Below are positions 14,374-22,602 of a stretch of 24,000 nucleotides of DNA, one piece after another. The stretch comes from a bacterium. Its GTDB lineage: Bacteria; Omnitrophota; Gorgyraeia; Gygaellales; Profunditerraquicolaceae. Position 1 is the stretch's first letter. The number at the start of each line of letters is the position of its first letter. Both the position numbers and the translations under genes were made by a program. The notes under the pieces were generated by a model. The model was not told the origin of the DNA, did not search any database, and was given only the letters and a program-made list of their open reading frames with translations. Location: NCBI GenBank assembly GCA_021813045.1, contig JAKAMF010000001.1:13539-37538 (forward strand). The letters are read 5' to 3'.

Positions 14374-15507
14374 TTAACTCCTCGCAGGATGATAATTTTT
14401 CAAAAATCTCTCTAAAACCAAAGCCCCTTTATGCAAATTGCCTATTTTTACGTATTCATCGATTGCGTGCGCGCAGCCCTCAGAACCAAAACCAGAAGCG
14501 ATCGCCGGAATCCCCTGATCTTGAAAGAAAGTAATCGTAGTCGCGCCTTCCGAGCCGCTTATCTGAGGCTTAATTTTAAAATCTTCTAGGGCGCTAACAA
14601 ACCCTTTTACCAGAGGATGGCGGGGATCAATCTGATAATGGTTTTGTATCCCCTCAATTTCAATTTTAAACTTCTTTGCGTGTTTGACTATAATCCGTTT
14701 CAACCGGCCGATTAAATCCTCTGCCCTGGTCCCGGGTAAAAAACGGAAATCTAATTCGAACTCGCACCAGTCGCTGACCACATTGACTTTGTCGCCGCCG
14801 CGGATAGTGCCGATATTCATCGTCGGCGGGCGCAGGTATTTATTTTTTTTATATTGGAATTTACGCGCCTTTAAATCCCGGAGGATTTCCAGGGCGATAT
14901 CAATCGCGTTTATCCCGCGCCAGGGATAAGCGCCGTGCGCTTTTTTCCCGGAAATTTTTACTTTTATATGTAAGAGGCCTTTTTGCGCGACCACGACCAC
15001 AAAATCATCGGCATCCAAAACCAGCGCGGCATCCGGCTTTAATATTCCTTTTTTCAACAACGGAATCAATCCCAAATCAGATCCGCACTCTTCATCACTG
15101 GTTGCCGCAAGAAGCAGATTATAATCTAAAATCTGCTTTTCTTCAACTAAACTATTAATTACTTCCAAGCTTACCGCCAAGTTGCACTTGCAATCGGTGG
15201 CGCCCAAACCGTAAATTTTTCCTTTGCGGATTAAAGCGCCAAAAGGATCAAGGTTCCAATTTTTCCCCGAAGGCACCGTGTCCAGATGAGGAGTAATTAA
15301 TAATGTGTGCCCGGCGTTTGCCCCTTTTAAACAAGCCAGGATATTCGGGCGGCCTTTTTTAAAAGCGTAAACCTCGACTTTTAGGCCTAAGCGTTTTAAA
15401 TATTTTTCTACAAAACCGCATATCTTTTCTTCGTTTCCCGGAGGATTCTGCGAATCGATACGGATAAGTTCTTGCGTGAGCCTAATCAATCGTTGTTTAT
15501 TAATCAT
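14374..15507 (-). CDS. M20 family metallohydrolase (ArgE/DapE/acylase-type)
   Basis: 377 aa. LIRIDSQNPPG, ITPHLDTVP (metal His/Asp), GLGATDCKCNLA, the SDEECG (Asp/Glu metal ligands) motif, a central dimerisation/lid domain and a C-terminal His. Confidence 0.85.
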   Translation of the reverse strand: MINKQRLIRLTQELIRIDSQNPPGNEEKICGFVEKYLKRLGLKVEVYAFKKGRPNILACLKGANAGHTLLITPHLDTVPSGKNWNLDPFGALIRKGKIYGLGATDCKCNLAVSLEVINSLVEEKQILDYNLLLAATSDEECGSDLGLIPLLKKGILKPDAALVLDADDFVVVVAQKGLLHIKVKISGKKAHGAYPWRGINAIDIALEILRDLKARKFQYKKNKYLRPPTMNIGTIRGGDKVNVVSDWCEFELDFRFLPGTRAEDLIGRLKRIIVKHAKKFKIEIEGIQNHYQIDPRHPLVKGFVSALEDFKIKPQISGSEGATTITFFQDQGIPAIASGFGSEGCAHAIDEYVKIGNLHKGALVLERFLKNYHPARS

Positions 15508-15607
15508 TAGAATCCGAAGTTAGCGTTAAAAGATACTGCCTCAGCGTCAAAAAATTGCCCTCAACATTAACGGAATTTTTGAATAAAATTAAAATCGGCT
15601 TGCGTAC

Positions 15608-16927
15608 TTACTTCTTCTTAGCTTTTGCGGCCACGGCAGCAATAATTGCCGCGCCCACCCCTGAGCCGTCTTTAGTCAAGACCATTTGAACCTTTTTAGC
15701 TTTTTGCCCAAAAATAGTTTTCAGAGCTTTGCGCATCTGCCTGCTGAAAACCGGATGTTTTTCATAAACACTGCCGTCAATAGCAACTGTATGTTTTTTC
15801 TTTAAGGCCGGATCTATGCGTTTAATTACCGCAGCCAGACAAGAACCGCTGATATTCGCTGCCCTAGCCGCAACTAATTCGCAAACTTTTTTTACTAAAG
15901 CTGCTTGGCTAAAAGAACATTTCTTTATCCCGAAATATTTTAAAATCTTTTTAGTTCGGCTAAGATCAGCCGTGCAATCGGCTTCGATTTCTGACATATA
16001 TTCCGACTTAAAACTTTTTGAACGGCCAAACAAAGCAGTGTCCCGTTGATCAAAAATTAAATCTTTTTTGCATAAATCTACCAGAATCAACCTGACGATC
16101 TCCCCCAGATACATCCCGCCGACCATCTTTTCTAAAATTTGCTCGCCGGAGTTTTCCGAAGCGCGGTCTAACTGACGATCATAACAAGAAACCGTCAATT
16201 TATTAAAATTCCCCCACTCAATATTAACAATCATCTTTGCCCCGGACGGTTTGGTTCCGCGCCATTTAATAATTTTAGCCAGCGCCTCGCGGTAACAAGC
16301 GTTAGTCCCTGTGCCGAGAATTATTCCCACGTCGCTATGAACATCACTGTAGCCACGACAGACCAAGGTTCCGACAGTATCATTAACTAAAGCGGTAATT
16401 TTCAAATTATAAATGCCCTGCCGGTAAAGCGCGCGCTCGAGTAACTTGACCACATCCTTACCAACCACCCCCTTAGCGCAAAAATCTTTAGTCCAATGCG
16501 CCAAGACTCCCGAAGCAATCGCTGTCTGCCTGACCGGAAAAGAAAAAGTAAATCCCGCTTCAATCGGCTGCCAGCGAAGTAAATCCTTGATCTTTTTAGC
16601 GATAAATCCAAAAAGCTCATCCGCTGAAACACGGGTATATTTCTTATCAATCACGAATTTTTTTTCTTTTAACTTCTTGATCCGGCCGCGGCCGCTTAAT
16701 TCGATTTCCAAAACACGTAAATTCGTACCACCCAAATCAACAGCGATAAATCTGCCCCGCTCATCCCCTTTGGGCACATCTACGTAAGCAGGGATCATTT
16801 TCAGGGAACTCTTTCGACCGGCCAGGCCGTTAGCCATTTCCCGGCTAAAAGCAGAAATAATTTCCCGACAATCCGCCGGTTTAAGCTCAAATTGTTCTTT
16901 TAAATTTTTTAAGAATTGGCTGGGCAT
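15608..16927 (-). CDS. Hexokinase (eukaryote-type hexokinase family)
   Basis: Near-canonical hexokinase signatures: AVDLGGTNLRV, GFTFSFPV, ALVNDTVGTL, GIILGTGTNACY, VNIEWGNF and AIDGSVYEKHPVF. The track ORF starts at a GTG at 16936; I prefer the ATG at 16927 (MPSQFLKNL...). Either start overlaps the upstream gene's 3' end. Confidence 0.85.
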   Translation of the reverse strand: MPSQFLKNLKEQFELKPADCREIISAFSREMANGLAGRKSSLKMIPAYVDVPKGDERGRFIAVDLGGTNLRVLEIELSGRGRIKKLKEKKFVIDKKYTRVSADELFGFIAKKIKDLLRWQPIEAGFTFSFPVRQTAIASGVLAHWTKDFCAKGVVGKDVVKLLERALYRQGIYNLKITALVNDTVGTLVCRGYSDVHSDVGIILGTGTNACYREALAKIIKWRGTKPSGAKMIVNIEWGNFNKLTVSCYDRQLDRASENSGEQILEKMVGGMYLGEIVRLILVDLCKKDLIFDQRDTALFGRSKSFKSEYMSEIEADCTADLSRTKKILKYFGIKKCSFSQAALVKKVCELVAARAANISGSCLAAVIKRIDPALKKKHTVAIDGSVYEKHPVFSRQMRKALKTIFGQKAKKVQMVLTKDGSGVGAAIIAAVAAKAKKK

Positions 16928-17544
16928 ACCTGACACCTAGGTTTACTTTTCCAACAAAAATCCTTGGCTAATTTCACTAAAAGCGCGTGGTATTCGTTGA
17001 ATAATTTTACATCTTTTTTTAAATTTTGCATAAATAAATCCTGTGTCTGATAGTAATCGGCGCGGCGATTAATAAATTTATGCCGGCTGAGTATTCTTTT
17101 GGTATAGGCATCAATCACAAACACCGGTTTATGCAGGCCGTAGAGTAAAATTGAATCCGCGGTTTCCGGGCCAATACCATTCACGGATAATAACTCCTGG
17201 CGTAAAATATTCCAATCCTTTTGCCGCATTTTAGCTAAATCACCGGAATAGTTTTTAGCCAAATACCGCAAAAAATTTTTCAAGCGCTTGGCTTTAATAT
17301 TGTAATAACCGGCCGGCCGGATTAAAACGGCTAATCTCCCCTCCGGCAGCGAATGCATTTTTTTAAAACTCAATAATTTGCGCTTTTTTAAATTATTAAT
17401 CGCCTTTTCTACATTCTGCCAGTTAGTATTTTGCGTAAGGATCGCGCCGACCATTACCTCAAAAGCGCTTTCTCCCGGCCACCAATGCTGCGGGCCGAAA
17501 TTCTTATATAATTTCTCATAGAGAGAAATTAAATCTACTTTCAT
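16909..17544 (-). CDS. Endonuclease III-related HhH-GPD DNA glycosylase (probably monofunctional)
   Basis: 211 aa. GAILTQNTNW, HhH motif SVNGIGPETADSILLYG, catalytic Asp in VFVIDAYTKRIL, and a C-terminal Cys cluster CWKSKPRCQVCPANS. ATGA overlap with the PilZ gene stop. Confidence 0.85.
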   Translation of the reverse strand: MKVDLISLYEKLYKNFGPQHWWPGESAFEVMVGAILTQNTNWQNVEKAINNLKKRKLLSFKKMHSLPEGRLAVLIRPAGYYNIKAKRLKNFLRYLAKNYSGDLAKMRQKDWNILRQELLSVNGIGPETADSILLYGLHKPVFVIDAYTKRILSRHKFINRRADYYQTQDLFMQNLKKDVKLFNEYHALLVKLAKDFCWKSKPRCQVCPANS

Positions 17545-19469
17545 TGTTTCAGTTCCAGGGGATTATAATCGTAAAACGCGAATAGCGCATAGGCAGTGCC
17601 GGCAACCGAACCAGTACATTCGCCTGTAGGCGTAAACCAGCCATGGCCGGTATCGGCGTTTTCCTGCGTGGCATAAGGCAGGCAATATCCGCCCTGGCCA
17701 GAAGGAGAAGGGCTAGTAATAACCATCCTGCCCAAATTAACTAAATATTCCTCAGCCTTATCCCGATATTCTTTAGCTATAGCTACATCCCCTTTTTTAC
17801 GGTGGTATTCGGACATAATCTTTAAAGAAATAACCATTTGGGCTGTCCATTCCGAAGAAACTACCCCGCCTCGCGCAGTATGCCTATCGGCGGCAAAATC
17901 AAAACCTTTAATTAATAACTTTTGGCCGTTATCTTTTTTAAAGCTTACTTCTGCCGCGCAGTTTTTTAAAGCAAAATTCATAATCTCATCCGGGTTCATC
18001 TTAATTTTTTCTAACTGTTCCGGGCCCAAAGCGGCAATTGACCAAGCGTAAGTATCGGTAGCAATGGTCGAATCTCCTTTACCGCGGGTAACCGGCACGC
18101 CCTGCCGGTCGTAAGCGTGGATGACCAACCAATTTAATATTTTATCCTGTGCTTCTTTATATTCAGCTCTGGCAGTAAGTTTATAGAGCATCCCAAAAAA
18201 AGCAAAGGCATCAAGATTATGCTCGGTAGAATACCAGCTAACTGCCGGCCCGCCGCGCAGACCGTATTCCTTATCCTGGTTTTGCAGATTAATGATACTC
18301 TGGGCAATACTTTCCGCCAAAGAAAAATACATTGATTCTCCGGTCTGAGAAATATACTGCAAGACAAATATCCCCAGCCAGATGTTCGGCCCGCTGTGCA
18401 CGACATATTCTACCGGCGAGCCGTCATTAGCAAAATAGGCATTATAGAACAAATCATCCTCGCCGCGCTGGGCATTCAAACGGAAAAACTCTAAGATCTT
18501 TTTGGCTTTAGCATATTCTTGATCCAATAAATAAGCCTGCCCGGCCAAGGATTGGTCATAAATAAACGCCCAACCGGCAATTCTGTTATCGCCTTCAAAG
18601 CTCATTACCAAACCGGTGCGGCGATTCTGATGGCTGGCCAGCCACTGCTGCATTTTACCTAAATCCGCCTTGGCCAATTCGGCTTTACGCTTGGCCAAAC
18701 GCATTAGCTCCTCCACATTAGAATCGCGAGTGCGGGTTAAAGCAATTAGTTTTTCCTGTAAAGCGGATTTTTCCTGTTTTAACTTCTCGATCTGCTCGCT
18801 AACCGCCTCTTTTGGCTTAATTAAAATCTTTTTCTTTTCGTGTTCCAGCTTATTGATTTTTTCCTGGAAATCTTCAATCCGTTCTTTAAACATGCGGCTT
18901 AAGACATCGATATCTTTTATTTTTTCGCGGGCAGAAACTGCTTCATTAGTTAATTCCTGCAGCTGTTGGAAGGCTGTTTCTTTTTCCTGGTTTAATTTAA
19001 GATTAGAGAAAATCGCCTGAGCAAAAAGAGCCGCTAAAATAATAATCAACCCGCCGGTAAAAACAGGTGTCATTCTTTTTAAATGCGCCCAGCGCATAAT
19101 CGACCGGATATCCGCTGGTTCAATCCAGTCATAGCAAAGGCCAAAAAACAATTTCCCCTTTTCCGGCAGATCTTCCCGCCAGGCGACATGGCTTAAGGCA
19201 AAGATTTTTTTATTGCTTGCCGGTAATTCCAGACGCAGAGAAAGCGCGCATTTGCCGCTCCGCACTAATTCTAAAAAGCTCTTTTCCGGATTATTAATTT
19301 CCAGACAGATGCCTCCGGCGCTGACATTACGGCTAAAACCTTGAAACCACGGCGTAAGCGGTTGTTTTGTTTCTGGGTCAACCAGCTGGAATTCCACCGG
19401 GAAAACCATATCTAACCGAAGGTACTTGCGGCGGTCGCTATCTGAATTACGGTTTTTTTCTAGTATCAT
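17541..19469 (-). CDS. PilZ-domain (c-di-GMP receptor) membrane protein with a coiled coil and a large helical-repeat C-terminal domain
   Basis: 642 aa. PilZ motifs RxxxR (RKYLR, residues 14-18) and NxSxxG (NVSAGG, residues 48-53). TM helix MTPVFTGGLIIILAALFAQAIF (~132-153) and a ~120-aa charged coiled coil. The ~370-aa C-terminal domain is rich in aromatic helix-hairpin patterns (STEHNLDAFAFFGMLY, TDTYAWSIAALG, GSVAGTAYALFAFYDY). ATGA overlap with the upstream stop. Confidence 0.8.
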   Translation of the reverse strand: MILEKNRNSDSDRRKYLRLDMVFPVEFQLVDPETKQPLTPWFQGFSRNVSAGGICLEINNPEKSFLELVRSGKCALSLRLELPASNKKIFALSHVAWREDLPEKGKLFFGLCYDWIEPADIRSIMRWAHLKRMTPVFTGGLIIILAALFAQAIFSNLKLNQEKETAFQQLQELTNEAVSAREKIKDIDVLSRMFKERIEDFQEKINKLEHEKKKILIKPKEAVSEQIEKLKQEKSALQEKLIALTRTRDSNVEELMRLAKRKAELAKADLGKMQQWLASHQNRRTGLVMSFEGDNRIAGWAFIYDQSLAGQAYLLDQEYAKAKKILEFFRLNAQRGEDDLFYNAYFANDGSPVEYVVHSGPNIWLGIFVLQYISQTGESMYFSLAESIAQSIINLQNQDKEYGLRGGPAVSWYSTEHNLDAFAFFGMLYKLTARAEYKEAQDKILNWLVIHAYDRQGVPVTRGKGDSTIATDTYAWSIAALGPEQLEKIKMNPDEIMNFALKNCAAEVSFKKDNGQKLLIKGFDFAADRHTARGGVVSSEWTAQMVISLKIMSEYHRKKGDVAIAKEYRDKAEEYLVNLGRMVITSPSPSGQGGYCLPYATQENADTGHGWFTPTGECTGSVAGTAYALFAFYDYNPLELKQ

Positions 19470-21838
19470 TTTTTTCGCAAAACAATCCTTTGTTTGACTT
19501 TTTTAGCCAGAACCTGCATGAATTCCTTAAAAGCCGGATACTCTTCCTGAGAAACCGTATTTTTTTTCAGTAAAACTTTTTGCGTAAAGTATATGTTATT
19601 GCCGATTTTTTTATACTGACAATCAAATTTAAGCCAAGGGCTGTCTTGGGTAACGCTATCCGGCAGATGAGCTATGTTGAAACCATCCGGTATATTTATC
19701 ACAAAATCTGTTTCCTGGCTGTCCAGAGAGCTAAAATCTATCGGATATTTCCGCTTTTCTTGAGCGACTACCGCAGTATCCAAACCGCTTAATTGCGGGA
19801 CGATCCTTAAATTTCCCGCGTCAATCAAATATTCTTTTCCGGAAAATTCATAAGTTAGAACTACGGGCTTATTTAAATCATTTAAATTATCCACGGAGTA
19901 GCTATTCAGCTTGGCGCCGATAGAAATTTCCTGGATCTTTTCCTTAAGCATCTGCTCAATTAATTCCGGCGGAGTATAAATTAACCAATAACGCTGAGTC
20001 TGATCGTAAAAACCATTGGTAAAAACTGTCTTTTTGGCGGCTATGCTTTCGTCGGCATTCAGCCTAATACTGGTTACCTGCTTAAGCAAATTATGCTCTG
20101 CCGGATAAAGCGGAGTATCCATTATTTTATACCCCTTGCCTGAACAAAGCAGCACCCGGCGCTCTTGGTCGCCGACCGGCAGGTCCCCGAATGAGCAAGT
20201 CTCAGCGGTAGGATCAAGAAAAACTACTTCACCTTGCAGTTCGACCGCGGCAATACAGTGGTTAAAATCAATGGAAGCAAAATCATCCATCAAATTATCA
20301 TTATCGCGCGTGGCAATCAATACTAAATCAGCTTCCGCCCCGATTTGGCTGAGCATGGTTACCAAAAGCACGGCCTTATCTTTACAATCTCCATACTTAT
20401 TGCGGAAGATATCCTCGGCCGCATGCGGCTCATATCCGGCTTGGCCGTATTCAACTCCGACATAACGGATATCCTTGGCGCAAAAATTATAAACCGCCTT
20501 AATCTTATCCTTTAAATTATCTAAACCGGAAGTTAATTCTTTAATTTTATTTTTGATCTGCTGATCGGCTTTAATTTTATCTTTGGCCAACCCCCACCAC
20601 CATTGGTAAACCTCTCCCCAGGAGTTAAAACTGGAGATCATAATCTGAGGATTAACCTGACAATCTGGCGGCATGTTTGGTTCAGGGATAATCTGGGGGA
20701 TATTTTTAAACTGCCATTTATAAATAACTGAATTGCCGCCGTTTTGCGCCTGCGGATCCAGGTTTGCGGAAAAATTATTGTATTTTTCGTTGAGTTTTTT
20801 AAAATTGACTTTTCTCTCTTTGGGCGCGCTCAATTTAAAATCTGCGGCAATAATCGGATCGGCGGCCTGCAGCGGATAACTTACCACGAAATCTTTCTTA
20901 TTGACCAGCTGGTTGCTACGGATAACCGCTTTATATTCGATAACCGAGCCTTCGGCAATCTCCGGGAAAGAGATAATAAAAACACGGGCGTTAGAATAAA
21001 GCGGGAAATTTAAATAAAGTGAGACGTCGCGGATATGCCGGCGGCCGACATCAACCACTGTACCTTCCGGCTTGATCACGCGGGCAAATTCCAGATCGAC
21101 CTTTTCATAGGTAGAATCATAATTGATCTTAGTTTCGGAAAAATTTTCTTTCCCTCTTTGATTAATGATCTTAATAATATAATGCAGGGTGGAAATCTGA
21201 GTATTTTCCGGGGTGATCTCGATTTTTTCATCGCAGGATAAAATTAAAGCCCCGGCCTGCGGGTATTGGCTTGGCAAAGGAGCCTGGGTAATAATTTTAT
21301 AAACCTGCGGATCGATCTGGCTGATATTCAGCGAATTAACCGCTTTTTCAATTTCTCCCAGCCGGTCTTGCGCAAGGCGGTAAAATTCTCCGGAAGATAT
21401 TTTACGATAGGCGGCCATGGCCTTATCATAAAGACTCAACTTCTCGCAGGTTTTGCCAAAATAATACAGTGCTTGATTATCCAGGGTGCCTGCCTTTTCG
21501 AAAGTTTCTAAGGCATCGGTATAATCGCCTGTTTTATAATAAGCAATAGCTAAGGCCTGCCGGGCAACGTCGGTTGTGCTGTTTTTAAAGGCGGCAAATA
21601 ATTTTTCAAACTGGCCGTATTTTAAATAAAGCCCGCCCAAATCCAAGTCGAGTTTTAATTTTTTATACTCTTGCTCGGCAAAGCTGAAATATTGCTCGAT
21701 CTTTTTTTCGTACTGCTTAGCCTTGGCTTGGCCGCTCTTGGACCCGCAGCCGATTACCCCGCAGAGTAAAAAAGCAAAAATCAATATTAAGAATGCGCCT
21801 GTGTCTTGGCGTCTTGGTGTCTTTACGCTCATCTCCAT
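19466..21838 (-). CDS. Lipoprotein with N-terminal TPR-like repeats, a DUF3857-like domain and a transglutaminase-like cysteine protease core
   Basis: 790 aa. Signal peptide with lipobox VIGC (Cys31), TPR-like helices and the transglutaminase-core nucleophile motif YGDCKDKAVLLVTMLSQIG, with downstream His/Asp candidates. AGGAG lies 5 nt upstream of the ATG at 21838. Confidence 0.8.
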   Translation of the reverse strand: MEMSVKTPRRQDTGAFLILIFAFLLCGVIGCGSKSGQAKAKQYEKKIEQYFSFAEQEYKKLKLDLDLGGLYLKYGQFEKLFAAFKNSTTDVARQALAIAYYKTGDYTDALETFEKAGTLDNQALYYFGKTCEKLSLYDKAMAAYRKISSGEFYRLAQDRLGEIEKAVNSLNISQIDPQVYKIITQAPLPSQYPQAGALILSCDEKIEITPENTQISTLHYIIKIINQRGKENFSETKINYDSTYEKVDLEFARVIKPEGTVVDVGRRHIRDVSLYLNFPLYSNARVFIISFPEIAEGSVIEYKAVIRSNQLVNKKDFVVSYPLQAADPIIAADFKLSAPKERKVNFKKLNEKYNNFSANLDPQAQNGGNSVIYKWQFKNIPQIIPEPNMPPDCQVNPQIMISSFNSWGEVYQWWWGLAKDKIKADQQIKNKIKELTSGLDNLKDKIKAVYNFCAKDIRYVGVEYGQAGYEPHAAEDIFRNKYGDCKDKAVLLVTMLSQIGAEADLVLIATRDNDNLMDDFASIDFNHCIAAVELQGEVVFLDPTAETCSFGDLPVGDQERRVLLCSGKGYKIMDTPLYPAEHNLLKQVTSIRLNADESIAAKKTVFTNGFYDQTQRYWLIYTPPELIEQMLKEKIQEISIGAKLNSYSVDNLNDLNKPVVLTYEFSGKEYLIDAGNLRIVPQLSGLDTAVVAQEKRKYPIDFSSLDSQETDFVINIPDGFNIAHLPDSVTQDSPWLKFDCQYKKIGNNIYFTQKVLLKKNTVSQEEYPAFKEFMQVLAKKVKQRIVLRKK

Positions 21839-21858
21839 CTATCTCCTATTGGGAATAA

Positions 21859-22602
21859 TTATACCAGACTTTTATACTTTTCCCGTAAGAAATTAGTTAC
21901 TGGCCGAAAATAAACAGAGCCGATCTTTGTTTTACCGACGCCGGCAATCGGCATAATCCCGATTAAAGAATTAGTTAAAAATGCCTCATCCGACCGCTCC
22001 AAATCAGAAACTAAAAACTTTCCCTGACAAACAGTTAGGTGAAATTTTCCCGCTAAATCAATTACCGCTTTACGGGTAATCCCGTTTAAGCAGCCGGAAG
22101 ACAAGCCCGGCGTAAAAAGCTCGCCGCCTTTAATCCAAAAAATATTGCTGCGGCTGGCTTCGCTCAAATAGCCTCTTTGATTTAATAAAAGCGCTTCGTC
22201 AAAACCTTTTTGGCGGATAATTTCAAAGGCGGTTTCGTAAAGCGCACGCGAAGTGGTTTTGTGGCGGGAAAAAAGCGAATTCTGATTTTGCCTTAAATCC
22301 GCCAAACAGACCCTGAACCCCTGCCTGTATTTTGACTGCGGGTAGGGCTTATATTTTTTAACCAATAACTCAAATTCTTTTTTCGGTGATCTAAAAATTG
22401 TCAAACGCAAATAGGCGTCTTTTAAACCGCGGGATTTAATTTCCCGGAGGATCAGTTTCTTTAGCCCGGCCAAAGGCAGTGGCAATTTAATTTTCAACTG
22501 CCGGGCGGAATCAGCCAGCCTTTGTAAATGCGCCGCAAGATAAACCGTCCGCCCCCGGTAAAAACGCATCGTCTCAAATAACCCCAACTGGCTAGTTTTC
22601 AT
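21859..22602 (-). CDS. pabC: Class IV aminotransferase-fold enzyme, probable aminodeoxychorismate lyase
   Basis: 247 aa with class-IV (BCAT/PabC) fold patterns (GLFETMR, ...YLRLTI..., EASRSNIFWIKGGELFTP...LNGITR). The 4-nt ATGA overlap with pabB favours PabC over a D-amino-acid or branched-chain aminotransferase. Confidence 0.7.
   Translation of the reverse strand: MKTSQLGLFETMRFYRGRTVYLAAHLQRLADSARQLKIKLPLPLAGLKKLILREIKSRGLKDAYLRLTIFRSPKKEFELLVKKYKPYPQSKYRQGFRVCLADLRQNQNSLFSRHKTTSRALYETAFEIIRQKGFDEALLLNQRGYLSEASRSNIFWIKGGELFTPGLSSGCLNGITRKAVIDLAGKFHLTVCQGKFLVSDLERSDEAFLTNSLIGIMPIAGVGKTKIGSVYFRPVTNFLREKYKSLV

Noticed and set aside
15508-15607. Possible promoter or terminator in the hexokinase-M20 spacer (TTGACG and TTGAGG hexamers).
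   Set aside because: No -10 hexamer with acceptable spacing (best candidates AACGCT and TATCTT fail on spacing or sequence) and no convincing hairpin, so I do not annotate a site here.
16402-16650. Nested minus-strand ORFs 16402-16650 (82 aa) and 18134-18406 (90 aa).
   Set aside because: They are alternative frames inside the hexokinase and PilZ genes. They are Arg/Leu/Ser-rich and unsupported by motifs or start signals.
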